DNA from: Amoebophrya sp. A120
Lineage: Eukaryota; Protista; Dinoflagellata
Reading direction: 5' to 3'
Assembly: GCA_905178155.1 (NCBI GenBank)
Contig: CAJINV010000003.1
Location: 5,919,985-5,983,984 of the forward strand
Length of the DNA: 64,000 bases
The notes below the pieces were generated by a model. That model was not told the DNA's origin and did no database searches. It worked only from the letters and a program-made list of their open reading frames with translations. The translations under genes were made by a program, and so were the position numbers. Shown here in pieces: positions 9,619-22,254 of this stretch (its first letter is position 1; each line of letters starts with the position of its first letter).

Positions 9619-11529
9619 CGCTCTGCAAATGACTCCAGACTAGTTGTTAATTTTTTCTCTCATAAACTCCTTCTTTTTCTCAAAGTCTCTGATTTTGACT
9701 TTACACACTTAGCAGAAAGCTTCGACTTCGCATTTAAATTTTTATAGTGATCAAAAGGTTAAAAAGCGACCAAAGTGTCGCGATCTCCCTAAGCACGGCA
9801 GGACTGGTTCAGCCTGCAGTCAGCTGTGCCTTTTTTCAACGACAGATGGTTATGGGCAGCAGTATCTTTTTCCAACAGGCCGCTTTTAGTTTTAAAGCAG
9901 TTGCACACTAGCACTACCGGGAGCAGTCACTGAGTATTTTTTCAAGCTTCTCTGCGTAGAGGGATTTTTATTGAAATAGCGCTAAAGAAAAAAGGTGAGT
10001 AATCGCGTTTCCACCTTACCGCATTTCTACAAACAAACAAACAAATCTATAGCGTTTAGTTAAATTTCCAATCGTCTGCTCTGAGGTGGGGGCTCCAATA
10101 AACTTATCAACATGTATCTGAATCGAGTTATTCTTATTCTTCTAGCTGTAAGTAAAGAGTGCTATTCCTATTGCACTGGTAGACCTTCCTTCGAGTGAGA
10201 CGACCTTCCACCTAGTCCTAGTCGACCTTTCGTCTATTCGATCTTTGGATGGTAAATTTGTTTTGTAGCTGCAGTGACTGAGTAGGTACTCAGCTGCAGG
10301 ACAAGAGGGTGAGACAAGAAAGGAGTCACTGGCTCTGGGTGCCTGCAAGAATCTTCTGAAAGGGTTGTATGTAGGAATTCGAGTTCTACTTTGCAGACGA
10401 GCTCACACAGAGCGCTACTTCTCGACATGGATATTGATTGTTTTCTTGAAGCAGCAGAAGGCATGCGCATGTATCGATATCAAAGGTGGAGAAATCTCAG
10501 GCTAAAGCAGACTAGCTCGTACACTTTCGACTTAATGTCAATTAAATTGACATTAAGTCGAAAGTGTACTGAAATTATTTCAGGATCCCGAGCAATATGC
10601 AATATGAACAACAAATAGGATTGCAGACCACAAGACTGACCAGCAGCGAGCTGCGAATGCGATGCCGGCATTCGAAAAAAAGAAATCACAATGTAGTCGC
10701 GACTTCCCGCCACACAGGCTGTGGCCTCCTAAAAGAAGTGGCGAATCGCAATCGCGATGGATCGAGTGCACCGTCTTTTTTGTGCTGAAATCCGCATCAC
10801 CACGAGGCGACACCATCCCATTCCCATCTGGAAGAGTAACTACTGCTCATTCCGCAGTTTTGTGTTTGTGCACTTTCGACATCCATATCAAGGAACACAT
10901 GTTGCGAGCACATAGTATACATAGTTCAATCATATTCCGTGCTAATGCTGCATGGCATCGCAGTACGTGGCGTTAGTACAAGAGGTTCTGCAATGGATTG
11001 ATACATTTGTTCAGTGGTACTTGACTTGAAGATGGCGCGCCCCACCCTTCGCAGCTCGCACTTCTGATGGTGAGACACCGCAAAAGGTGGCCAATGCTGC
11101 ACTTCTGATGGTGCACGTGAGGCTTGCCGCTGGTGCGGCGTCGGCTTCCTTTATGATGCGCTCCAGCGCCGCTTCCTTTATGATTCATTGTTCGTTCCCA
11201 GCGCTGGAGTAGCTCAATTCTTACAGCCCACCTAGGTGGAGAAAGCATCTTTCCCTCTGAAAACATTCGCGCTGCGTCGGGGAGCAATCGTTAGGAACAA
11301 CAGTAACGAGAAAGGAACAAACTTGTTGTGGTACAACTCCGGTAAGTACCTGAAAGTGGTGGAAACTGCAATCTTACATTTCTAGTTTGAGAGTGGTGCT
11401 TTGTCCCTTCGGACTCAGCGTGGATATTTGGAAATTTAAAGGAGCTCAAGTTCATTTCTAGCTGAATGCGGGCAGTAAGAAGTGCGACGTCAGGCGTCGC
11501 ACGCAATATAGCCTATGCGTGCCCCTGAC

Positions 11530-14500
11530 TCACTCCTTTTTCTTGCCGCCTTTCTTCTTTTTCTTCTTTCCCTTGTCCTCTTCCCCGAGCCGGAGCTGCT
11601 GCGCCTCTTTCTCTTTGCGTGCAATTTCCGCGAGCTCTTCTGGCTGGTAGAAGACTTCTTTCATGACGCGGGTCAAATACCGGTACGCCGGAATGACCTC
11701 CTGCACGGTAGCGCGGCTCAAAAACTCGTCCCAGTGGTTTACCAAGTCGATGGCCAAACTGTTGCCGTTTGTGTGGTGTCCCCGCTTGCGCTATCCTGTG
11801 CAAAAGCATCGCACTCGTAGTAATTGCAGTCATGCATTACAAATCTTCATCCCAAGGTAAAACAGCATGATAAATTCCATTTGTCATGCTGAGCTAATTT
11901 GTCATGCGATTTATACTAGTACGATACTTTTGCAGTTCATATGCGCTCGTATTCCACGATAACCGCCAGCGTGGTAATCAACGTGTCCAGCGTCTTCTGG
12001 TGTATCTTCAGTTGCCGCTTCGTGTTCAACAAAAACTCGGTGAGCGGTCTCCAGGTAAAACTGAGCGGCGCCTCCCCGTCCTGCAAAAACCTCTTGTGCA
12101 GGCTCGTGCAGGCTGCCAGCAGACCCTTGCACACCTGGTCGGCACACCCGCGCTCACAGATGATGCGGATAAACATGCGGCACGTGTCCCAGATATTGCA
12201 GGCACCCCAGAGGCCGTTGGCGAGAAAACGCTCGAAGCACACGCTGGCGGACGCGAACGTGTGCTGCAGGTTGTTCGCCTTCAAAGTCAAGGCGTTCACC
12301 ACGGGTACGTACGCAGTCTCTGGGTCGAGGAGGTGAAAGCCCCCCCGGCTGAGCGCGAGCAAACCCCAGCGGAGCACGTCGGGGTCGAAGGGGTAGCTCA
12401 TGCACGTTTTGAAGCACAGCTTGGGATTCACCACGGGTCCCTCCGCGAGGAGTCGGCAACCCAATCTGAAAAGATGCACTTGAAATTATATCAATTACAT
12501 TTGCTCATGCTCATTTGGAGGTCCTCGCAAAAAAATTCGAAATCAAATGCATGCGTTCAAGAATTACTATCCATGTCGTGGGACTGGAATTTATTTTCAG
12601 GAGTTGCAAAAAATAAAGTTGTATACATGATTTTCATCGTCTGAAAGATGAATTTGAATTTTACCTTGCCTCGTCAAGATTTTCCATGCGGCACCACCTC
12701 GGGAGGCCGGCGTTGAGCTGGACCAAAGCGGACAGGCTGCGCTGGCAGTCCTGAACCAGTTGTTCCGGATCCACCGCCACCAAGTTCGGACCGCACTGCC
12801 CAACCGCTTCCGTCTTGTCTGTGTACAATTCTTCTAGCTGATCCCGCCACGTTTTCGCGGAGATGCGCGTCCGTATTTTCATCAGCCGCGGTTGCTCCTC
12901 CGCCCCCCGGGCGTCGAGCCCGAGCTTCTGGTTATTCCGAAAAGACTGGCCGAGCTTGGCCAGGACCTTCCAGCCGCAGCGGTTGTTGGTGTCGCTGGTG
13001 TACTGCGTGAGCACCGGGAGTGCTTGCTTCTCGAGCTCGTCCAACCGCAGCACGGGCGCTATCAGCCCGAGCACCAGCACGGCCTCCTGCCGCATGAAGG
13101 CCTGCTCCGCACTGTCGGTCAACTTGTGGCTCTTCATCTTCCCGCCCGAGCCGCTACTCGCGTAGTTCGCGAGGGCTGCGCTCTTCGTGGGCGAATGGTG
13201 TCTCCGTGTGGGCGTGTTGTCGGCACCGGAGAGCTGCTTTGCCAACTCGGGGTCCAGTGCCCCGTCGTCTTCCTCCCCGAACATAGCTTCCTCCTCCTCC
13301 GCAACTTGCGGCAAAACCTCCTTCTGCGCCTTGTAACTCGCGTCCTGCTCCGTCTTGAACATCCAGGTCTTGTCGCCCTTCGCAAAACTCTGCCGCTCGC
13401 CTTCTTCCTTTTCGAGCTGCTGGCGCTTCTTCCCCAGCTTGCTGGTCTTCCCCGCGGCCACCACCTGTTTGCTTTTCTCCAGCGCCGCGACGGCGTCCTC
13501 GGACATGCCGCCCCCTTCCAGCGCGTCGATCAGGTTCTGGTCCTCTTCCGCCTCCTTCAGGTTCGCGCCCAGCCCAGCCTTCACGGTGGCCAAGCCCCCG
13601 AAGGTGTTGATGTCGGTTTTGGAGATCTTCGTGGACTCCCCCGCGATGATGAGCAGGATCAGGGGCAGAATACCAAAAACCCGCACTTTCATCAGCTCGG
13701 TGTGGTTGGCCACCTCCAGCACCGCGCGCAGGGACCACACCGCGTCCATCGTGGGCCGGTTGTAGAGCACAATGTACAGCGGGAGCCGGATCACCACGGA
13801 GTCCTCGTAATTGTCGTCGATGCGGATTTTCGTCCCCGCGGGGGCGGGCAGGTAGGTGTCGGATTCGCGGAACGCATCACCGTACTTGCGGTTGTACTCG
13901 TGCCAGAAGTGCGCGGGGTGCTTATAAAAATGAAAAATCATCCCCTTCGCTCATCCATATTATCCAGAACACAACTGCTCACGCTGGTGGACTTCTCGCG
14001 CTGTGACAAGCACGGGCTGTCTTGCTGTAAGTAGGAACTGCAGGCTCTTCGGGAGCGTAAGCAGGGTCTAGTAGTTGGTTAGCATCATGACAAGAAGAAA
14101 AGCCTGGTGACCTGTAGGCCTAGCAACGTGAGGAGTTATTTAAACTCCAAAATGCGGCGCTCTCCTCTGCACTTGCCTTCTTGCAGGATAGAAAAAGTTA
14201 GTTTGTGACCAGCAATCTGCGCCACAAAAAATTTTCCTTTTGAGTAAATGGAGATGGGGGAAGATTTTTCCACACAATAGCCCTTCTCGTGCACCGACTC
14301 GCGGACCATGGACAGACTGCCGTCGGAGTCGTCGGACGCGAACTTGAGCGCGAACATGTCCTTCTTCTCCTTGGCCGGGGGCGCTTCGGCCATGGGACGC
14401 AGCATCTCCTGCACGTCGATGCCGGTCATGGCTCTCGTCAGCAGCGGCCCGCGGCGGCCCCCGCCGTTGGCCGCGCCGTCCAAGCACGCCAGGGTGATGA

Positions 14501-17500
14501 ACTTGCACGAGGGCTCCATCTATCAAATGCAAATGTGCTGTCTGGGTCTGGAAACTTGTAATGCTAAAAGTGAATGAGACTGAGAGTTCCACTGCAATAC
14601 GGCGCCAAGCATGACAAATTTTTGGGATCCTATGTGTTGCGTGTTCCGCATGGCAAACTGCGTTTTTGCATGACAGGTAAGAAGACAGCTTCGTGCCCAT
14701 GCATCACAGATTCTTGGGCCATGTCAGACGTGCATGACAAGTGTAGCAATTTTCCAGACCCAGACACTTTTGCAATCCATACCATCCAGCACGAAGTGTA
14801 GCTGCCGTCCACGATCACAAAGGGCGTCCCGCACCGGTCCGGCGGCCCGAACTCAAAGTCGCTGGGCCGCAGAATCCAGTTGTCGGGCATCCCCACCGAG
14901 TTGCGCCACGTGAAGAACCAGCCGCCGTCCAGGGAGGTGTGGCCGACGTAGTAGACAAACTTTTTCCCCTCCATCTGCAGAAAAGCCTCCAAAATGTCCT
15001 GCGGGTGCTCGTCAGACACCTGCGAAAAGTCGTACTTGTAGATGTGGTCGGGCGGCACCCGGCGCCCGAGAAAGAACTCCTCCATGATCTGCACCCCCCG
15101 GTGGACCTGGTCGAGGTAGGTTTCGCGGCAGTACTTGCGCCACCGGGTGGGCCGGTTCAGGAACTCGTTGGACTCGTAGTAGTTGGCGCCTTTGCCGGGC
15201 AGGGGCTCTTCGTCCCAGACACTGTCCGCCTCGTCCAGCAGTTCACTCTCCGTTTTCTGGTGCAGCTCGTCGTCCTGCTCCACAGGGGCTTCCTCATCTC
15301 TGGAAGTTGTTCGGTGCAGCTCCATTACGTCGTCGTCGTCAGGTTGGGTACCATCGTTCACCGCGAACTTCGCTTTTGGCGAGGAACTACCGGGAGACCT
15401 TGTTTTAGGTCGTTTTTGAGACTGGCTGGGGCTGGTCTTTTTCTCGACGTTGTCTTCGGCACCATTTTGTCCTGGTGAGCCCGGCCGGCTCTTCGGTTTC
15501 GCCTGTTTGGCCCCGGGACTAGCGGTTGTTTTCCTCTTCGCCTCCAGTTCGTCAGCGCCCTGTGGCCCTAACACCGCGCCGGCAGTGCCCCCGCCGCCGC
15601 GTTGCGCCGCGCTCTCGGCCATGGCTTCCGCAGCTGCACTTTGGCCACCGCCGGCGCCGGGTCGTCGCCTCGCCGCCAGGCGAGCCTGCTCCTCCTCCTT
15701 TTGGCGCAACTTTTCCTCTCGGGCCTTGCGCTCCTTCTGCTCCGTGTGAAGGTCCTGGGCCTCCCCGTCCACCGGATCCAGGTTCCACATTTCGGTAATC
15801 AGCTGCTGCCGCCGGCGGAGAAACTCGTTGCGCCGGTCCTCGTTCTGCGACACGGCGAACTGGTCGTCCTTATTGTTGAACCGCTGGCTCTTGTGCAGGA
15901 GCCGGGACTATCAAATGTAAAAATGTCTGGGTCTGGAAGATTCTGAGACTTGTCATGCATGTTTTGCCTGGGCCATGATGTCTGTGATGCATGCCCTAGC
16001 ATCACATATTTTTTGAGGGCCTCGCGATGCCTATTCCGCATGACAAATGCCCTCTCCGCGTAGCAAAAATTACACTCCGTTTGCTGCTCATGCAATACAT
16101 ATTTTTTTGGAGTCCAAACTTAGCATCACAAGTTGAATTCTTCCAGACCCAGACATTTTTACATTTGATACGGACGCGGTGCTGGGGTCGGTCATGCGCG
16201 AGGTGCTGGAATCTTCCCCGATGCTCCGCATCACGTCGTCTTCGCGTATAACCTGCTCAGGTGTTACTATCTCAAACGTTACAATAGACTCTGGAATTTG
16301 TGTTGCAAGAAGTGCATGATCTACCCTACTCCCACAGGATTACGCATGACAAGTTCTGGAGTCCCAATCCGCACTACAATCTGCCGAAATTTGTATTGCA
16401 AAAAGTGGAATGCTGTCCGAGTCTATCATGTTGATCATGCATTAGACAAGGAAAATCGCCGCAGTACATGAAAAATCGACCACCCCCATTCGCCGGCGTG
16501 GTGGGGCGACGAGATCATTTGTCTGGGTTTCAGCTCGTAGCAGCTCGCCCAATTCTTGCAGACCTAGGTGCGTGGCGCAGGCGCGACGTGTTCCCGAGTG
16601 GAAAGGCCGCGCGCGTACCTGCCGCGGAATTGCTTCGCCTCGGCCGCAGCGAAGTCGGGAGCCCGTTCCCAAACTAGGCCGACCAAACAACGACCGGGGC
16701 CCCAGGCGGCGTTCAGGGGGCCCCCTCCAGGGGGGTGCTTAAGGGGGGTCCTTTTTTGGCTCCGGAAATCAGCCATTTTAGGTCGGGGAAAGGGAATCCA
16801 AGGGGGGTGCTTCTTGGGGGTGCTTTTTTTTCGGCAAAAGGGGGGCCTGTGAATGCTCCCTGCGGTGCGTCTTTCCAAGAGGCGGCCCCCGCTATCTGGG
16901 TGCGGAATGACCTGCCCGCAACATGCGAGAAATGGTATCGCGATAGTTCTCGGCGCAGTGACTGAGAACTGGCGCCAAAGTAGGCGGCGCTCGTCCTGGC
17001 GCGGAGTCCAGCGAACAAAGCCGCGGCCCCGATGAGGTCTACATAAGCCAGCCTCTTGCTCCGCCACCCCGCGGTAGGGGGGTGGTCGATTTTTCATGTA
17101 CTGCGGCGATTTTCCTTGTCTAAATGCAAGACAAATCTCAGATTCTATTGTAACGTTTGAGATTGTAACGTTTGACCAGGTCATATCGCGAATCAGCGTT
17201 TTCTGCTTCTCCTCGTACGAACTCCCCGTGCGGCGGAGCTCCTCCTCCATCGTAGCCGACCCAGTCGCTTTCTTCGAAAACAGCGACGCCGACGCAAGAG
17301 ACAGCGGGGGGACCTTGTACCTACAGATTCAGATTTCGAAAGTAGATTCTTTCGTGCTGCAGGGAACCTGAAAAAAAAAAAACTCTGGCCGAAGTTGTAC
17401 TTCGGTGTATGGCTTCGTTTGTGGTTCTCTCTATCTGATGATGGTGCAACTACAAACCAGAGAAAAATAAACTGACGTACATGAAAAATTGTATCCGAGA

Positions 17501-17797
17501 GATGAAAACAAGATACTTGTCCTGCAGGCTTGGCACAATGTGCGCGTGGAGGAGGTGTTCCCCCACCATGAAGCTTTCATCGCCTTCCGCTAGGCGCTCC
17601 GCGAGCAGGTCCTCTAAACCGGTAATAATGTACTCGGGTCCCGACAGCACCTCTCCGCCGCAAGAGAGAAGCAGGACCCGATACTCGCTGTAGTCGTAAG
17701 CGTGCTTCAGCATTTTGATCAAAGGAGCCCAGATGAAAATGTGGACGACGGGGGGCTTCTTCACTTCTCCTTCCTCGGGGCGAAGGTGGTTACGCGG
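11530..17797 (-). CDS. Large multi-exon hypothetical protein; approximate exons 17797-17517, 17320-17186, 16241-16171, 15903-14782, 14515-14280, 13917-12665, 12465-11942, 11786-11530
   Basis: The ORF fragments join in frame when GT-AG introns (17321-17516, 12466-12664) and five introners, each with one TSD copy, are removed. Junctions read DK|YKVPP, LIRE|DDVM, CWM|EPSC, EKG|PAHF, EAR|LGC and YER|KRGH. The 5' end is uncertain and no family was recognised. Confidence 0.75.
11792..11941. mobile_element. Introner (inverted-repeat non-canonical intron), family A, 150 bp
   Basis: TAT...ATA ends; IR tgcaaaagcatcgcactcgta / tactagtacgatacttttgca; TSD TGCGC at 11787-11791 and 11942-11946. Removing it restores the reading frame. 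Confidence 0.9.
13923..14279. mobile_element. Introner, family B (diverged, inverted relative to 38966-39287), 357 bp
   Basis: Ends tataaaaatgaaaaatcatcccc...ggggaagatttttccacacaata. Internal similarity to the reverse complement of 38966-39287. Degenerate TSD gtgct/gccct. Removing it restores the frame. Confidence 0.8.
14521..14781. mobile_element. Introner, family C, 261 bp
   Basis: IR tgtctgggtctggaaa / tttccagacccagaca; TSD CCATC at 14516-14520 and 14782-14786. Frame restored on removal. Confidence 0.9.
15909..16170. mobile_element. Introner, family C, 262 bp
   Basis: Perfect 32-bp TIR tatcaaatgtaaaaatgtctgggtctggaaga; TSD gggac/cggac. Frame restored on removal. Confidence 0.92.
16247..17185. 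mobile_element. Introner, family D (ctcaaacgttaca IR), carrying a nested MITE
   Basis: TAT...ATA ends; IR atctcaaacgttacaataga / tctattgtaacgtttgagat; TSD TCGCG at 16242-16246 and 17186-17190. Length is 252 bp without the nested element. Confidence 0.88.
16442..17123. mobile_element. Non-autonomous DNA transposon (MITE) nested in an introner, 682 bp
   Basis: Perfect 46-bp TIRs ttagacaaggaaaatcgccgcagtacatgaaaaatcgaccaccccc at 16442-16487 and 17078-17123; TSD ATGCA at 16437-16441 and 17124-17128. GC-rich interior without a credible ORF. Confidence 0.92.
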
Positions 17798-18632
17798 CTA
17801 GTTTTGAGTGTAGAAGTAGTTCTCGCCAATGTAGTACGGCACGCCGGCTGCAACTACATCCGAGTAGGCAGATATCGAGATGCATCGGACAAGACCGGGT
17901 GGTAGCCCTTGTGCCTTTAGCTTCTTGACGATCCGTCGTCACATCTGTCGACGGAAGATAGAGCTGACACTACGACGGGATCCACATCTCCGGTTGACGA
18001 AAACGATCTATGACATAATTTTTGTGATCTCTTTTTGTCAAGCTCAAGTTCGAATTCCAATACGAGAAACGCATCTGACAAGGGGTCAGCGCTTGTACTG
18101 TCTCATCGAGTTTCAATTTTCGCAAAGAAAATCAGGAGACATGCAAACTTCTTGAAGCCATGCTTCAAAAAATGGCATATCGATACTCATACTCGTTGAT
18201 GGACGCCAATGCTCAAATTCATGCAGCAGTTGAAAACTTTACGCCGTACACTTTGCAGCTCTCCTCTCTCTAACTTCTCGTCTCTATCAATGGCCGCGAG
18301 CTTTTTCCTACTCAGTCTCAGACCTCTCCTGCGCTCCTCTAAGGGCAACCGCAATCATTTTCCTGCGTAGACAGGTAACGCTCAGACACTCTAGCTTCAC
18401 GTGCGACACTCATCAACATCATGATGAGGGACAAGGAGGAATCAACAGAGACAAATAACAATTTGGAGTTGCAACAACGATCGGCCGAGCCGAAATGTTT
18501 TGGCCTGATTCCGAAGCGGGGGCGAGCTATTTTTCACACGCTGCACACAGGTAAGCCGAAACGGAAAGCCTGAAAATAAAACAGTTAAAATACATTGACT
18601 CAAGCGCTCTTTACTCAATCCGGTTCTTCGTG

Positions 18633-19712
18633 TCATTTGTTTTCTTTCGGCCGAGATGATGCGTCAGTAGGTTGTAGAAAATCGAATGCAACCGGCCCCA
18701 CGCCACTTGAGAAGCAGACGTGATCCGGCGGTCTCGTTGAAACGAGTCTGTGCACCAGTTGCGCTATTTCGGTTCGACTCGATCTCTCATCTGTTTGAGT
18801 AGCTCCGTGCTTGCTCTCGTCAATAGCCAATTGAAGATAGTCCAAGTCGGCGCGCGCGAGCGGCCAGGGGTCGTGCTGAACTCTGCCAGACAAACGGCCA
18901 CCGACGACCGCGCCGTCGCTGTAAACCCTGTACCGCTCCACCAAGTGCTTTGCCTGTCGCATCCAGTCTCCTGCATCTTTAGTTTTTTCAGAACTGTCAT
19001 CGGGCATTGTCCTGCCGACTGTCCATCCGCATTGGAAATCAAAGCGTCCTTCTGGATCCTGATATTGGGCGTTCGAATTCGCCGTCGAAAGCGCGCGATG
19101 CTCGTTATCGCCACTAGGTGGCAGCAGGACGGTCGTGTGTGTCGGCCCGTCTTTTGGTCGAGTCGTTCCCTCGAGACGAACACTTTGCAGCCGCATGCGA
19201 GAACCTTGTTGTCTACCAAGCTTCTGTATGAGCTGCGGATCGGGGTCAACTTGTTCGTCCTCTATTGACCCTGGACTATCACTTTTTGTTTTTTCCACCG
19301 CTCCTTGATGTGCTGCCTTTTCCAAAACAAAATCTCGTCGTATTTTCGCCATGCGGTACGGAATCCCGAAAATATTGGCACCCTGACTCGCGAGAAAGCT
19401 GTCACATTCGAGAGAGAAAAAGTAAATGCCATCGTTTTCGACGTAGGTCCGCACGTTGACACCGTGGTGAGTGATGAGCGCCGGCAAATGTAGCGTGTCC
19501 CGCAGCCACCTGCAGCCCCCGCGCAGGAAGCCGGGGCCCACATTCCGCTCGGTGAGGAAAACTAGGCCTAGCCAGACGCATCGATCCTTCGGGTCTTCGT
19601 CCAGATGGAAAGGGCAATGCTTTCGAAGAATGTCATGTTCCGGCGAGCCGAGGGGTAACTTCCAATGCACGAAGAGCACGTTTTCCCACGCATCGTGAAT
19701 CATAAACTTCAT
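18633..19712 (-). CDS. YqjF/DUF2071-family protein
   Basis: Intronless 359-aa ORF with family motifs WENVLFVHW, NVRTYV, GIYFFSLE, FGIPY, LVERY and HDPWPL. Confidence 0.8.
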   Translation of the reverse strand: MKFMIHDAWENVLFVHWKLPLGSPEHDILRKHCPFHLDEDPKDRCVWLGLVFLTERNVGPGFLRGGCRWLRDTLHLPALITHHGVNVRTYVENDGIYFFSLECDSFLASQGANIFGIPYRMAKIRRDFVLEKAAHQGAVEKTKSDSPGSIEDEQVDPDPQLIQKLGRQQGSRMRLQSVRLEGTTRPKDGPTHTTVLLPPSGDNEHRALSTANSNAQYQDPEGRFDFQCGWTVGRTMPDDSSEKTKDAGDWMRQAKHLVERYRVYSDGAVVGGRLSGRVQHDPWPLARADLDYLQLAIDESKHGATQTDERSSRTEIAQLVHRLVSTRPPDHVCFSSGVGPVAFDFLQPTDASSRPKENK

Positions 19713-19995
19713 TTTTGCAGTACTAGCTCAGGTAAGATAGAAACGCGCGTAGGGGTAGGAAAGGACGAGCAGAGATGATGGTGAAATAAGCAATCTTCCG
19801 TACTACCTGCTAGTTTATCGATACAAGAAAAACATAAGTCATTTAAAATGAGTCAAAATGCTGCATGGGTCCTGCTTGAACGGGAATGCATCACTGTTTT
19901 TCCCTATTCAGTTGATTTGCAATTCGATTTTGCAGATTCTTGTGCGGCTCCCTACTGTTTTGCGCAACATAAAAGTCGAATTCCGCGCTGTTCTG

Positions 19996-21351
19996 TTATT
20001 CTGTCCATGCTGACGAACTAGAGCAGTCTTTCCGGCGAACACTCTGATTGTGGACGTTGCAACTCGGTTCGTTATCAAGTATGCGGCTAGTACCACGAAA
20101 ATCTTCAACTTTAGATGTGGATAAGCTCTGCTGGGAACCGCAATCGTTCCCGAGAATGACACCGAAATTTGCGACAACGCACAGCGTAATGGTTGCTAGG
20201 AAGTAACAGATCCCGGCCAGGAAAAGCGGTTGGCAGACGAGAAAGACATCCTCTGCGAGTGCGCTCAGGGTGGATAAGCTTCCGCAGAAGCCGACCATTA
20301 TCAAGCGACAGGTCAGGATTACTGCCTGGCTGCTGGTGTTTGACATCTTCACACTCCACAGAACCTGCACGATAAGGCAAGCGAGAAGATTACACAGCAG
20401 CGTACCCGGCGCTTTCGTGAGCGTGATTGATGCATCTTTTCCTGAGCTCGATTTCGTCTCGGGTAGCTCTGCTGAGACGCCGAAGTAGTTCAAGCAGCCT
20501 GCCGGAAAACGCGCTGCGAAAATTTCGCGACGGAATTTGACTTGGGAAGACGCCCGGCAAATCCTCCACCGCAAGAGCGCACCGGCCGGAGCGGCAAGTA
20601 GACAAGAACTCAGTATCACCAGCAGGGCCTCGGAAACTGTCGTTGCTGCGCTCTGCGACGACGATTGCTCGAGGCTGATCGCAAAAACAAAACCGGGACA
20701 AACTGCACAAAGACCAAATGTTACCAAGAAGCAGTGCGGAAATGTGCGCGGACTCGACTGTTCTGTTTCATTTTCGTGCTTACTTTCGACATCAATCGGC
20801 GCAGGTGGGGCTGCAGCGTGGTCGGCCGTTGCGTCCGTCGCCTCTGCTGGGTCTGGATCTTCTGCTGCAGCGCCAGTGTCGTGTTTCGATCGCTGATCGT
20901 ACGTAGCAAATTCGACTTCAAGGGCTAAAGGTGGATGAGGCCCGTTCTCGGTATCAGATACTAAAAGTGAGAAGACAAGTCCGTATGCTGCTGCAAATGA
21001 AAAAAGAGACCCTACTAGACCTCCACCAAGCAGGAGTGCCAGAGCTGCGCCATCAGTGGTCGCGTTGCAATTCTGCAACGACGTTGCCAACTCAAGGTTC
21101 CACATGGAAAATGTCGTGAGAGCGCCACAAAATCCGGTCTTGCATACCGGAACCCACCACAACTTTTGGCGATGGCTCCTGAGCCGAACTTTCTCCGTCG
21201 CACATAACGCTCCCATGATCACACACCCAACAAAATTCGGCATGAGCGACGCAATCGTACCAGAATCCATTTGAACAGCAACGAGGTGTGCAAGCACAAG
21301 TCGTAAGAGGGCGCCGCAGACACTACAACCTGCAATGGCGAGTGCCTCCAT
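19996..21351 (-). CDS. crcB: FEX-type fluoride exporter (two fused CrcB/Fluc domains)
   Basis: Two hydrophobic repeats with Fluc signatures: GALLR...NFVGC...GFCGALTTFS and GALLRW...GTLLCNLLAC...GFCGSLSTLS. Confidence 0.88.
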   Translation of the reverse strand: MEALAIAGCSVCGALLRLVLAHLVAVQMDSGTIASLMPNFVGCVIMGALCATEKVRLRSHRQKLWWVPVCKTGFCGALTTFSMWNLELATSLQNCNATTDGAALALLLGGGLVGSLFSFAAAYGLVFSLLVSDTENGPHPPLALEVEFATYDQRSKHDTGAAAEDPDPAEATDATADHAAAPPAPIDVESKHENETEQSSPRTFPHCFLVTFGLCAVCPGFVFAISLEQSSSQSAATTVSEALLVILSSCLLAAPAGALLRWRICRASSQVKFRREIFAARFPAGCLNYFGVSAELPETKSSSGKDASITLTKAPGTLLCNLLACLIVQVLWSVKMSNTSSQAVILTCRLIMVGFCGSLSTLSALAEDVFLVCQPLFLAGICYFLATITLCVVANFGVILGNDCGSQQSLSTSKVEDFRGTSRILDNEPSCNVHNQSVRRKDCSSSSAWTE

Positions 21352-22254
21352 TTTTTCTGAGAGAGTTTTCTATCCAAATGAAAGATCGATATATCAAAAT
21401 TTCCGTTGCGTTTTAGCTTTAGAGATGGAATTGATATGAAGAGAAGTCAGATCAGATCAGATAGTTTTTTGTAAATACTCATAAAGAGTAAGTTTACAAA
21501 TGCTCGCTCGAAAGCGGCGGTAGGGACGTTGTGTAACTAGAAAAAAGCGATAAGGGAAAAAAAATAAAAAGGCTGTTGCACTTGCTTTTTGACTTAGGCC
21601 TGGGTCGCTCGCACGCTGCTACTACAGAAGCTGCCTGGTAAAGCTTTAAACTGGTCCTGACCTCAACTTTAGCACTGCTTGGCTTTTAAAAATGTTGCGC
21701 AACTACTTCCTCCGGAAAAAAAAAGAACCGCCTCTCAAAAATGCTAGTCGATCTATCTCGTGCCTCTTCTTGCGCAGTTGCACTTAGGACGGTATGCGTG
21801 ACGAGATTGAAGCTGCTTTGTCTTCACTCGCAGTTTTCGAACTTGGATACGCTTAGAACAACTCGAGAAGTTTTGATCATACCGTGCTGAGAGCATGTCA
21901 ACTGACCTAGAGACATCGAACGGCTTCTGTAGAAAATTATGCGCATGCTTAGCCAGGAAAGTTACGCTGTAGCCCCCAACCAGCGGACTCACGTTGACCT
22001 ACAAAGACCATCGCTTTCGGCAATAGAATTTGCAAGCCCCCAGCGCGGTTTAGGTAAGGGCGTTAGGCCACCCGGCGCATTTGTCTTAACTTAAGCCCTA
22101 ACATTAAGTGGGCGTCAGGGTTTTGAACATACAAATAACAGAAGATGACGTTTTCAAAAAATGATGAACCTTCAAGAACTTAACCCTGTAGGAGAGAAGG
22201 ACAGGTCCAGGAAACAGAAAAAACAAACCCACTACTATTGAGGCTTTCTACATC

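Larger units (their letters stand above)
150..10043 (+). mobile_element. Full-length non-LTR retrotransposon (LINE, Ingi/I-group-like: APE endonuclease, RT, RNase H, Zn knuckle)
   Basis: Flanked by a 14-bp target-site duplication AATCTATAGCGTTT at 136-149 and 10044-10057. The 3' end is a (CAAA)4 tail starting at 10030. Internal ORFs carry EN, RT and RNase H motifs. Confidence 0.93.

Noticed and set aside
22040-22125. Telomere-like words (tttagg, ccctaa) and a small hairpin
   Set aside because: They are scattered single words rather than a tandem array, compatible with chance.
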